A program made the position numbers and the translations under genes. 64,000 bases of DNA, from NCBI RefSeq assembly GCF_009914755.1, contig NC_060927.1, one strand, 5' to 3'. Shown here one piece after another: positions 27,234 through 38,950 of this stretch; position 1 is the stretch's first letter, and each line of letters starts with the position of its first letter. The DNA comes from the human T2T-CHM13v2.0 reference genome, Homo sapiens. The notes under the pieces were generated by a model, which was not told the origin of the DNA, did not search any database, and saw only the letters and a list, made by a program, of their open reading frames with translations.

Positions 27234-30200
27234 CTAGGGGCTCCTCCAGAATCCCTTCCATATGCTGGATCAGGTGAATGCTCCTAAAACATTCACTTCT
27301 GTGTCATCATCTTTCACTTCTGTTCAAACACCTCCAGCAGCTCCTCACTGTTGCAGGACAAAGTGCGACATCCTCAGCTAGGTGGGATGGAGTGCATAGG
27401 TCTACCAATGAAAGTTTTATTTCTCTGGATTCCATGCTTCAACTGAGAGTTGGGTGTTGAAATATAAGCTTTTGGGTGAAAATGGCAAGTAGTGCCCAAT
27501 GCCCTGGTACTGCATTTGGCTTACTGGAAGGTGCTCCTGGTCCCTTATTCTCATGTAGCTGCAGGAACTCCCTGGTTCAAAGTGAGGAGATTCTCTTTAA
27601 GGGGTGTGTGCCTTTGGACAAGTGGCTAAATCCTTCTGGGCCTCAAGTTTCCTCTCTGTTAAAATAAGACTGCAAGACTAGATTGCTTACAGATCCCTTT
27701 CAGCACTGATTTTTGTGATTCTGGAAAGAATATTACAGTGTGTAAGTGGTAAGACCCCAAATCTTTGGACACTTTGAGTTCTGAGTTTATTAGTATTAGT
27801 TTAAATATTTTTTATTTTTGAGATACTAGGATATGGTTAGCGGGATCCATCTTAAATGTAACGTGCATAATGTTCTGCCTAAGATGGCCTGCGTTACAAA
27901 TGCTCAAAACACTCTCCTCCTGGGACTGTGACTTCCTGTGCCTGGCCTCTCATCGCTACTCTCTAGTTGCCCGAGACAACTGCGAAATTCACCTGTGTCA
28001 GGCTGGCAACGCATAGTGACTTTATTACGAAATGTCTTCATGACCTTGGTGCCCAGGTGGTCTTCAGTATAGTCCAGCAGTCAAGCAGTTGCTTAAATAT
28101 GACTTAAGCTGTATGACTTTGCCGTGCCTCGATGTTCTCATCAGTTAATAGGCACAACAATAGTATGGGTGTCACAGGTACTTTTTCTTCATACACAGTA
28201 TTGCTTTTCCCTTGTCAAAGTGTATAATTGTGCATTTACCATTATGGTTTTTGCAGTAAAGCCTGTCCTCTTCGTAGTGTATAAACTCGGTGAGGGCAGA
28301 GAGCCTGCTTTGTTCACTACTGGCTTCCCAGCATGTCCTACTGTACCTATCAATAGAGGCTGATTGACAGTTATTGACTACATGAATGAGTGAAGGCATG
28401 AAGGGCGTCATCATATAGATACCATGTGGGAAACGGATGGTCTTACTAAGAGCTAGCATGCACTCACTCACTGGTTCATTCACTATGCTTTCATTTAGGA
28501 AGAACGATCCCGCGTTCTGATAGGAAAACATTTTCTTCTAACCCCCAATTTGAGGGTCAACTCCTGGGACCCCTTGCCTCGGGGGTCAGGCCGCGCTTGG
28601 CTCGGTTTGGAAAGGGCTGGCACGCTTCCTCAGGCGGAGGGTATGCACAGAAGCGGAGAATTCATTATAACCGGTTAGTCATCCGTAGAGGCTGTAGACA
28701 CTGCCCGCGGGCGGGGCGCACCTGGCGCTCCTGGAGAGGGGCCTGTTCCTTGCGTTGCCCCCCAAGGTGGGAGCGCGACCTGCCAGAGCCCAGGGGAGCT
28801 CGGGTCTGCCCGCACTCGGGAAAAGCACTAAGAGCCTCTCGGTAGCAGTCCTTCTCCCTCGCTGCCAACTCTGAGATCAAGCCCAACATCTGCAGGGGTA
28901 ACTTTTTCCAGGGACTACTGGAAAGGAGAGCCGGCCTGGCTCCTAGCCGGACACCACCTGGCGGAAGCTGGAGCCCGCCCTTACTTCCCTGCAACCTGAG
29001 GATGCTGAGGCCAAGGGCGGGTGACGGGGCAGAAAGCAAAGCCCTGGTTGCAGAAAGGCATGCAAATATGAACCCAGGTGTCTGGTGCGCCGGGAGCCCC
29101 GGCGACGTTAGGAGCGCACTCCTTGCTGGGGTCACCGGAGTTGCGCTTGGCCGGGCAAGGATGACTCAGCCTCACTCCGGTCGGTCTTTACCGCCAGCCT
29201 GCGCGAGGGCTCCACAAAGTTCCCAATCACACCCCATACCTCGCACGGGGGAGAGGGGTTCTGCAAGCTGGGTCCCGGGGTGGGGGCAGCGGCGAGAGAG
29301 GCGGGGAGAAGCCTGGTTCCCAGGACGCGCAGGGGCTTCTCCGGCTTCCTTTCTCCTCGCCCCTGAGGGCGGCGAGAAGGCGCCTCCTCCGGCGCTCACT
29401 GCCTCCTGCCCAGTGCGGTGGGCGCCGGAGTGGGGAGCAGGCAATCCCCCAGGCTCGGAGAAATCTTTTATCCCGAAATCCAGGGTGTCCCCCGGTCAGG
29501 ATCGACTCGGCGCCGCGTTGGCTTCCTCGCTCAACCCTGACATCCCGGTCCCCACCAGTCACCGCAGCCGGGCGGACTCCGAAGGCAGCGGCCGCTGGGG
29601 AGCCCCGGGGCCTGGGTCGGGCGCGCAGGGGGCCGCTGCGCTGCGGCCGGATGCCGGGAGCCCCGCGCTGGTGCGCCCAAGCCGTGGTGGCAGCACCGCC
29701 CTCCGTGCTTTCCTCTGTCGGGCGCCGCGGCCGGAGGAGCAGCTGCGGGCGGTCACGCAGCGCTGCCCTAGCCAGAGCCCCGAGCTCCCACCCAGTCCCA
29801 TCCCCAGCCCGATCCGCCCCGCGTGCGATCCCGCCTGCCGCCACGAGCCTGTGCTCCTTTCTGAGATTTCTGCTTCTTCCCCAGCTCCCTCCCCGCAGGA
29901 GAATCGCGCGGCGGGGGCGGAGGGCGCGCCCCCTTTAGGTTCCGCGGCCCCCGACCCCGCCCGGCCCAGGGGCGGAGCGGGCATGCTACGCCCGCTCCTA
30001 GCAGCCGCCCGCAAAGTGCGGAGCGCCGCGCCCTGCCCTCGGCTTCCCTCCCGCGCCCCCAACCCCCACCCTGGCTAGGGTCGCCCGGCCCGGGGCCAGC
30101 CCCAGAGTCGCGCCCGCGGTGGCGGACTGCGGAGTTGTAAAGAACTCAGCGGCCGCAGTAGCCCGGGTGGGGCAGGGCGCGCTCCGCCGCGGCCAAGGAC

Positions 30201-30346
30201 ACTGGAGTTTCCGAGTCCCCGCCCGCGCGGCGCCTCCTGCCCCGCCGCCCTCCCACCGCGGCCCGCCGGACTCCCCGGGGCCGCCGAGGCGGGGCCGGGC
30301 GGCTGCTGCTGCTAGAGGCGCGTCTCGCTGCCTCCTCCCCCGCCCG

Positions 30347-30396
30347 CCTCCCTCCCCACCTCTCCTCCCTCCCTCCCCACCTCTCCTCCCTCCCTC
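30347..30396 (+). repeat. 21-bp tandem repeat CCTCCCTCCCCACCTCTCCTC, two perfect copies plus a partial third
   Basis: Identical units at 30347-30367 and 30368-30388. Confidence 0.9.
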
Positions 30397-30588
30397 TCCT
30401 CTCCGCCCTCCCCGCCCCCCCCACCCGCTCCTTTTTCTGCTCCCCAAGTGAGCCGGGCGCGCGAGAGGCAGGCGGGGCGGCGCGGAGCGGAGCAGGCAGC
30501 CCCGCGCGCTCGCCCACCGCCCGCTCCGCGCAGCTCCCCGCGGCCGCTCTCGTCGCCGCCGCAGCGGGCGCGTCGGAGGGAGCCCAGC

Positions 30589-30710
30589 ATGGCCGGGCCG
30601 GGCTCGCCGCGCCGCGCGTCCCGGGGGGCCTCGGCGCTTCTCGCTGCCGCGCTTCTCTACGCCGCGCTGGGGGACGTGGTGCGCTCGGAGCAGCAGATAC
30701 CGCTCTCCGT
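30589..30710 (+). CDS. CACNA2D3: CACNA2D3 coding exon 1 (signal peptide and start of alpha2 subunit)
   Basis: Strong Kozak context AGCATGG. Encodes MAGPGSPRRASRGASALLAAALLYAALGDVVRSEQQIPLS(V). Donor GT|GTAAGT at 30711. 122 nt, phase 2. Confidence 0.96.
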
Positions 30711-31387
30711 GTAAGTGCCGGCTCCTGCGCCGCCCGGGGAGGGGACCTTGCCGCCTGCGACCCACTGTGCCCAAGTTTGGGCGCCTGCAGGTGCGGCTGG
30801 GCAGGACCCGCCGCGGGCGTCGGCCTCGCCGCTCGCACCTGCCTTTCGGGACCCGCGTCGGGCGGCGAGGCCGGGGTGGGATGCTCTGGCCCCTGCCCGC
30901 AGGTTGGCGAGTGAGATCTGGAGAGGCTCACCTCAAGTGACGGCACCAACTTTGGAGCCTGGTTACCGAATCCAACTTCCATGGGCCGCTGAATTTCCCC
31001 CCTCTTTGCTCTACTGCCGCCCCACTTCTTTTTTTGGTGGGGGATGGGTGGATTTCTTCTGACTGCTATTTGCCAGGTGATGCCCAGTTTGGGGGGTCGA
31101 GTCCTCGGGCAGTGGTTCGAATGAAACTCAGTGGTCTTTTTAGAGAGCCTGGGAGACTTTGCGCATTCTTAACTCCGCGACCCCCCCTCGGGCCCCCTCC
31201 CGCGCTGCGCTTTGCAGTTTTGGTGCTGGCAGTTTCTACCAAGCCGCTTTTTCTATCTTTTCTTCTTTTAAAACATGTTACATCGCACTGCTCCTTCAGC
31301 CATAGTCCCATGTGTGCGTGTGCGTGTGCGTGCGTGTTGACTGTGACACGGGTGTTACATATCTTCCTGTGCCCCTTCTCCCTGTAG
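30711..31387 (+). other. CACNA2D3: CACNA2D3 intron 1 (677 nt, GT-AG)
   Basis: Begins GTAAGT and ends with pyrimidine tract CTTCCTGTGCCCCTTCTCCCTGTAG. Confidence 0.93.
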
Positions 31388-31469
31388 GGTGAAGCTCTGG
31401 GCCTCGGCTTTTGGTGGGGAGATAAAATCCATTGCTGCTAAGTACTCCGGTTCCCAGCTTCTGCAAAAG
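31388..31469 (+). CDS. CACNA2D3: CACNA2D3 coding exon 2
   Basis: 82 nt, joins exon 1 in frame to give ...PLSVVKLWASAFGGEIKSIAAKYSGSQLLQK, a typical alpha2/delta N-terminus. Donor AAG|GTAAGG. Confidence 0.96.
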
Positions 31470-33115
31470 GTAAGGTTTCTGTGGTGGCAGGAAGCGATGA
31501 TTTTTCCGGCACAGAAAATGGAGGCAGATTTAGTTTTCCAAACAAACGTGAGCCCCGAGCAGCATCAGTTATCGGAGGACTCTCTGATCCCCGGGTTTCT
31601 TGGCATTGTACTATGCAGTGACTTCTTCCTACCAACCGGTTATTTTTAGATGACACTTGATTCTAACCACAAAGAAAAGCAGGATACTCACTCGCACTGT
31701 CCTGGCTGGGGCTCGGAAACTGAGTGTTTTTGCATGGCTCTCGTCTCCGTGTCGGTATTGCTGTTTCAGTGCCAGAGCAGATGCTCCTCGGGCCAAAAAA
31801 TGCTAACTTCATCCAAGGGGCAGACTCAGTGCCTATTTTGTGATGCCTTTCACCTTGCGTTGGAGGCGTGGGGTTCAGTGTATCAGAGAAAGACGCTGCA
31901 CTATTGTTTGTCATCCCTGCAGTTGTACAATCCCATTATTCCCCAATCATCTAGACCCAGGGCTAGGATGCATTACATCATTGCAGATAAGGAGAATGAA
32001 TGTGGTTATCTTTCCACTCAGCTGCACTGCCGGGTAATAACCTATGAGAGTAGTCCACAAACTTAAGAAATGGGTCTGCATCCATGTAATTCTGGAGAGT
32101 AATGAGAATGGAGAATTGATTATTAGGTTCTTATCACAAGCTGCATCAATTTTAATTCAAATAGGCAGCATTTTAAGCATAAGCTTAAAATTACATTGTG
32201 AGATAAATGGTCCTTCGTTCTCCCCTTCAGGAAATAAAGAAAAAAAAATGGGTCTGGGAGGAGAGATTAGAGGGGTTCAAAGAATTTCAAGTTAGCAGAT
32301 CAACAGGATTAATCAAAGTATTCTCTTGATGATAGAAAATAAAATTGGCCTTTAGGGAATAATTCTCTGAAAATGGGTACAAACAGCTTAAATTGTTAAG
32401 TTAACTTTTAAACATTTTAAAATATGATTTTTGGGCCAATGTACCATATGTGTTATGCATGCTGCCTGGTAACCAAGTACGTATTTTATTTATGGCATTC
32501 CCCTTCAGAGAGTAGCATTTTTGGGGACAGTATATGAAACAGTTTGCCACATGAAATCCAAATATCGTAATAAAGCGTTGGCCCACCATGGAATGACAAA
32601 AGTTATTATGGTTTAAAAATCGCCAATAGCCTTATTCATTGAAACCTTATTCATTGAAAGATTGCTTGCTCAACTCTGTTGTTTGGGAAGGTGTTCTTGA
32701 ATTATAGGCAGTTGGTAAACAGTTGAGGCTACGAAATGCCCTCGTGGAAGATGAGAATTTACATACCTGTGGCCCACCTCGGCACTTAAAGGAATTGCAT
32801 AGGAATTGCCTCTTTCCCTAGTATTCTTTTAATCTGGACCAATCTGTCTCCTGCTTTGGCATTTTGCCCACTTGTCAGATGTTTGATGTGATGAATTCTG
32901 GACTGTAGCATTGCCTTTATATTTTTCTTATGCTTTTAAAGAAGATAACATTTTGTATAACTTTAAAGAAGTATTTCTCATCTGCACGTTGTAGTTGTAG
33001 CAACTCTAAAAGAATCCCTTCAGAGCCTGTTAATATTTTTTGGTTGTGCTTTCATATCTTTTATCTCACATTTTCTAGGAACACATTAAATATGTTTTTT
33101 TCTTTCTCTTTGAAG

Positions 33116-33117
<2 letters not shown>

Positions 33118-33149
<32 letters not shown>
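33118..33149 (+). repeat. (AC)n microsatellite
   Basis: About 16 perfect AC units. Confidence 0.95.
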
Positions 33150-33155
<6 letters not shown>

Positions 33156-36100
33156 AAACTCCGTCAATCTTATTATTTGCTACTCTATAACAGCAAATTG
33201 GAAAAAGCTGAAATGCTTCTCTTACCTTCTCATCAGCATCCTTTCTGATATTGAATTCACTAGCCTTGCTTTGCTTTTGTCATGTTTGCAGCTTGACAAT
33301 TGTGTAATTATTTCCAGCTGTTTATGGCTTTGTTATCATTTCTTGCTGCTGCCTGGCATTTTGTAATCTGATGCGAGGGAAAGGTGAGGTGTTGCTTGGC
33401 ATTGCGTTCCAGGGTGGGTGTCCACCCTAGTCCTTGGTTTGGAATCGTCTGCTCTGGGGGTCCTGAAATACTCACGGCTTTGGGTTACTTGGCAGAGACT
33501 TTCATAAGTGGTGGGGGAGCATGTTAGACAACTTGGGGAGCATTTTTCAGCTATGTTTTGGCTGTTTTGGTCCACTATCCCCGCAAATGCTTTTGTATTT
33601 TTAAAATTAGCAAAGAACATTGGTTTAGAGAGTTCAGAGTATGAATGGGAGTAGATCTGAGTGCTCAGAGTGTAGGAGACATAACATCATTTGGAAAAAC
33701 AAGTGGATAATTGCTTCTCTTTTGCTAATTTTCAAGTTTCTGTCCATTTGCATGAGGAATTACTCCTCTAAGTCAGAGCTCTGTGCACCCTGCCATCATA
33801 TCACTGTGTCCTTAACAATTAAGATGCTTTCAAAATGAGTTAGAAAATTTGGCTGGAAAATGCATTAACACTGTATTAAGGGGACTCAAAGATGACAATA
33901 CTATGTTGTATAATAGAGTGTAATTGCTCTTTTTAAGGCATGGATTTTTAAACTTGATTTTCAGTTAAGTAAGGTGTGCTGTATACCACCATATAATTTT
34001 ATGTATTTTATGTAGTTTCACTAATTGACACTTCATGTTGTGAATCAATATAGTGTGTTCATTTTTAGAATGGAAGTTTAGTCATTTTTGCACTAAAACA
34101 TACACTTTACAAAGTAGTTATTATGAATATAAGTTAAATAATAATTGGCCATGCATCTATTTTAAGGTGTTTAGTGACTGGGAAAACTGCCATTTTGGTA
34201 ACATGTTTTTATTAGGTGATATAATTTGAGGTAGCAGTATTGTTACTGACTTCATCAATGTAAACACAAACATTTAGCAATGTACCTTGTTATGGCTTCA
34301 GAAATAAGAGTATTTTATCAGTTGTTTCTATGTTTAATACCATGGGTTTTGCCGCTTTAGCCTATTATAATATATTAGGTATTCAATGCCAGATAGCCCC
34401 TATATTTTTTTCTTCTGTCTTTACTGAGCACAGGAATAGCAACCTGTTAGGTCCTTAGAAATAGGATAGTTTTGATTTTATAAAACGCAGTAAGCCATCT
34501 TTTAGGAAATTTGTCTGTTTTCAGTACAGAATGGAAGATTGTGGGACTTGTCTGTGGGTGCTGGAGTTCATCTTGAGGGGTTTTAGATGCTGTGAGAGAA
34601 TAGCAGGCCCCTGGAGGGATGGTGCTGGTGCGCCGCTGTATGCCTGTGTGCTGCCTTGCTAAGCTGGCAGATACTGCAGGGGTTTCCATTCACTTCAACT
34701 TTTAATTAAGTTTCTGATTTGATATATCCATGCCAGTCAGTATTCAGCTGCCTCTATCTTGCTTCATTTTCCCCGAAGAATGGACTTTGTTTGGTTCTTT
34801 TGGGGAGGCATAGTTTCATTACCGCTGTATTTTGGGATTCAGTGAGAAGCATTCTAGTAGGTCCGGGAACCTAGGCTGTTAAACTCAGTCTCCACACCTC
34901 TAACAATCACAATCAAAGGCATTAAACTGGCTGATTCTCATTTCATCCTCCTCAGGGAGAATTGGATAGGAGCTGGGTTTTTCATTCTATTTAGACCTGC
35001 ATTCGGGGAACCAATGTTCACAGGAATGAAGGGTTCCAGTTACATTTTCCAGAATCATGATGATAAATACACAACGGAAATACAGGTAATGTGTGTCTCT
35101 GCCAGTAACGCTGGAACAGAATTGACATTTACCTTGGACGCCTCATGGAGCACTTACCAAACACGCACATCTTGGAATGCACAATCTGTTTTTTACATTA
35201 TCAACTATTTATTGAGAGGGCAGCCTTAATATATAAAGTTGATATCTCTTTCCACAGGACAGAGTCAGCAAAGTAAAAGGTTGGTGCTTTAAGCCATTTT
35301 TATAATTATGACTTTTCATCAATGTGAAAATCGGTGGACTTTTAAATAATTGAATAGGTATATTCACTTATCAGGAATTAGGTAGCAGTGCCTTGCTGCT
35401 CGTGGGAAGCCCAGCACTCTTCAGATTGCTCTTGTGGGGGAGGCGCTGTTTTGCTAACATTTTGTGTTGAATAAACACAGTTATTTGCCATCCTGAATGA
35501 TAAATGCGTTCAACCTATGCTGCGGATGCTTTAATTCATAGCATTACTTTAAATACTGGACTTTTCCTTAGCAGGTTATTTTTAAAAGCTTGAAATCTCT
35601 GAAGTGACAGTTTTTAGTCGTTCAGGGCAGTTTATTGGTCTCATTAACACAATCACCCAGACAGTAGCAGAGCAGGGCAAACCAATGAGCATTCAGTTTG
35701 TGCCTCTTATGCATATAGCTCATTGCACTTGTAGAGTTACTCATGACCACTTGCTAACTTTCGGTCTGAGCCTTTTTTGCTCATTTTTTTTTTCTTTTCC
35801 TTTCCTTGTTTTTTTTCTCCTTAAAATTTCTTTTCTGCCAGATACATTTCTACTTTGCCTTTTCTCCCATTAGGAACTGCTGCGGCCTGTGTTGCTCAGG
35901 AGACCAACAGATGCTACTCAAAATTAAGGGAAAATGAAAATATAGGCATGGTTTTCTGGTTGGAGGCAAACTTCAAATTTTTAATTCCCATGTGGTTATA
36001 ATTTTGATTGATTAGCATGGTGATCTCATGCTGATTTTAATTAATTAATTCTAACACTAGTGCAATTTTTAGGCAAACACATGAATACCAAACCACCTGA

Positions 36101-37934
36101 TAATTCTGAAATCCATTGGGCCTGAGCTGACACAGTTATTATTTCCAGTTTTTGATGAAGACATAGCCATATGTCAGCATGAGCAAAAGTAAAAGAAATG
36201 CGAAACCATCACCCCCGGCACCTGTGGCCCTTCCAGGTGTTTCATTTCCCTAAAGTTTGAAGCACATATTCTTGGAGGTGCAGGTTTGGGATTCTAGCCT
36301 TCATCAGCCTTGGATTTATCTCCACTTGGTGTTTAGGGTTCCCACTTACATTGATCAATCCATGGTTTGGTGTGTTGGGCCTACCTAAAGAAGTGTACAT
36401 TTTCACGAAGGAGCCTGTATTTCAGGCCTGTCACGAATCCTGATTTACCATCATAGATGCTATGATGCCAACAAACGGGCTTTTTCTTCACCCCAGCACA
36501 TCTCCTCTGTCAGACATGAGCAGCAGCTACTTCAGGGGTCCCTCCATCTTTTGTAGTCACAGTGCTTGTTGGCACAGTCTTTGGGTTGAGACCACAGCAT
36601 CTTCTACACAGGCAATGTTAGCAGATTGTGTGTTCCCTGGGACACTGTGATTTGACTTAGAGGTTTGCTGTGGCCAAAACTGAGAAAAAAATAAAACAGA
36701 TGTTATAAAATGCCAACCTATGAATTAGCATATGTGATTTTTTTCCCCTTTAAATGTAATTTTTATACAAGAGACATCACGGCCTAGGTTTCATCTCGAG
36801 TGACTGCAGTGAAGCTTTTGTGTATCATTCAGTGAAAGGAAAAGTTCCTAATGTCAGGCTTCTGGTAAAACTGACAGAATCCTTATCAGCCCTCTTTGGT
36901 CCATTAAACAAAATTTTGCTTCTCCTTTACAGGAAGAAAATGATATGAGGAAGAGGAGGATGCTTGATTTTTTGTGATTTTTCCTAAATATTTAGTGACC
37001 AACAGACTCTGTCTGAAGTGGTTGTTCTATAATGTAAAACCAGACTCTAAGGCCCTTCGACAGCCCAGTACTTTGGCCTGTACTTACAGCTCACCCTTGG
37101 CAGATTAGGTATTTGTATAGCTGATGTGTTTTAGGGGATTTCTGTGTGCATAGCCAGCACGTCTACTTTTCAGAAGGGAATTATTTTTTACAAATACATA
37201 CTTGAAAATAGTCCAGTTCATTTCTAATAAATGGTAAACATTTCAACTTCCATTTGCTTTGAACAACACTCATTGGGTGCTCATTCCAAGGCTGTTTAAG
37301 GCACTAAATTTATAACATGTATTAAATTTATATGTTGCATAGCTTCCCAGTTACCCCAAATCAACATTATGAAAATAAACAACTCAGAAACCAAACTATT
37401 GGCGCACATTTCAAGGCCATATTGGAAAGGAAAGCATTATCTTTTCACAAGAAATGGATGGCTGTTCCTTCACTTTGTGCACTTCAGAGTATTTATCTTG
37501 GCACCTGTTAATGGAAAACAGTACCCTCCCAAGGTTAAAAGGACTGTTATGCATGTAAATGATCTGGACAGGCAAGGTGGGTAAGGCTATAAATGCTGTG
37601 GGTTCACAAAACAGACCTCGAGTTTTCCATTTTAGGTGAAACAACTGCCAGTTGATATTTGGGGCCTGCACATGCCATTACCGTAATACTTATTAAGTGT
37701 GTGTATGTGTGCGTGCCCGTGCCAATAAAAATGGATGCTGCTCATCACAGAACGTGCCAGATAATGCTTGCTGATGGGGAAGACTGTTCTTGTCCTCTTG
37801 GGTGTTAGAGAGGCTGACTTGAGAGAATGAACCAGGGCAGTAGGACAGAACTGAGTCACGCCAGTCCAACAGGCATGGATTTGTTCAGCGTCTGGAATTT
37901 TGTAGGCAGTTGAATCTGAGGACTTGCTGAGATC

Positions 37935-38075
37935 AGAACTGGCTATGTAATTTGTGGTCCTCAGTGCAAAATGCAGAATCCCTTGTTAAAAAATTATTAA
38001 GAATTCCAGGATGTGGCAGCAGAGCCTCAGACCAACTGCGGGGCCCTGGCTAAGCCTCCTGTGGGACAGGCTGTC
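37935..38075. mobile_element. MER45-like hAT-Tip100 fragment
   Basis: CAGTGCAAAATG...CCCTTGTTAAAAAATTATTAAGAATT...GCAGCAGAGC...GCGGGGCCC. Confidence 0.6.
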
Positions 38076-38369
38076 CTCGTTTTGGCTTTCTCTCTTTCCT
38101 GCTGGATAGCTTACCCTCTCAGCTCCATTCAGTCTAGGAGGCTTCCTTTGCCCACCTTTGTTCCATCTCCAATGAAATCATTTTCTTATTTTATGAGTAA
38201 CAGGTCAAGAGCTTGGAGCATTTTCAAAGATTCACATCTTTGGAGATGCTGTGTTGTTAAAGGAAGGGTCATTGGCCTTAAGCAGTGGCATCTCTCTTTT
38301 TATCTTTTCTGTGTGCATTTCCACCGTGGCCCTGGGCAAATTGCTTAATCTAATAGTAAAAACAGGTAA

Positions 38370-38565
38370 CACTCAATGCTGTAGTTTCTGCATTCCAGGT
38401 ACTGTGATAAGCCCTTTACTTATGACATCCCATTAAATTCTCCCAGCAACCTAATGAGGTAGGTAGGGACTACCATTCACCCCATTTTACAGATTGCGAA
38501 GCCGAGGCTTGCAGAACTGAAGCAGCCTCCCCAAGGTGACTGAGCAGGGTCTACACATCTGGCCA
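38370..38565 (-). mobile_element. MIR SINE
   Basis: CAGCAACCTAATGAGGTAGG...CCCATTTTACAGAT...GAGGCTTGCAGA. Confidence 0.7.
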
Positions 38566-38714
38566 CAGTGCTATATTTTCTTGTCTTTGCGTGATCCTTT
38601 CTGACCTTAGTTCCTATTTGAAAAGAATGTGCATAATACCTGAATTTTCGATCTCACAGGTGTTTGGGAGGATTAAATGAGAAACATCTGGGATATTAAT
38701 TCAGAAACAATTAA

Positions 38715-38950
38715 AGCCTGGGTTAACAGCTGAGAGGTCATAGCCTTGGAGTCAGATGGGCTTGGATTTGAGTCCCAGATCTGACATTTCCTCTTCAGCG
38801 TTGCCTTGTAGTTTAACATTTCTGAACCTATACCCTTAAATGAGAAAGGAGACCAGTACCTTCTATCTTATAGGCTGTGATGAAGGTTAAATGAAATAAA
38901 ATATGCAAAGCACTTAGCACTGTGCCTGGCACATTGGCTCCTGCCAGTGA
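38715..38950 (+). mobile_element. MIR SINE
   Basis: TTGGAGTCAGATGGGCTTGGATTTGAGTCCCAG...ATGCAAAGCACTTAGCACTGTGCCTGGCACA. Confidence 0.75.

Larger units (their letters stand above)
28570..31220. promoter_or_regulatory. CACNA2D3: CpG island / TATA-less promoter of CACNA2D3
   Basis: Very high GC and CpG density, many GC boxes (GGGGCGGGG, CCCGCCC). Spans exon 1 and most of intron 1. The TSS cannot be placed exactly from sequence; probably ~30400-30450. Confidence 0.9.

Noticed and set aside
29002-30078. 358-aa ATG-initiated ORF upstream of CACNA2D3
   Set aside because: It lies wholly in the CpG island, where stop codons are scarce. The translation is Pro/Ala/Arg/Gly-rich with no domain, and long ORFs overlap it in other frames and strands.
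30448-30588. In-frame GTG-initiated 47-aa N-terminal extension of CACNA2D3
   Set aside because: Weak context (C at -3, A at +4), whereas the downstream ATG is strong and directly precedes the signal peptide.
29998-30982. 258-aa and 278-aa antisense ORFs over exon 1
   Set aside because: Same GC-content artefact. The GRRGGEG repeats simply reflect the 21-bp promoter repeat.
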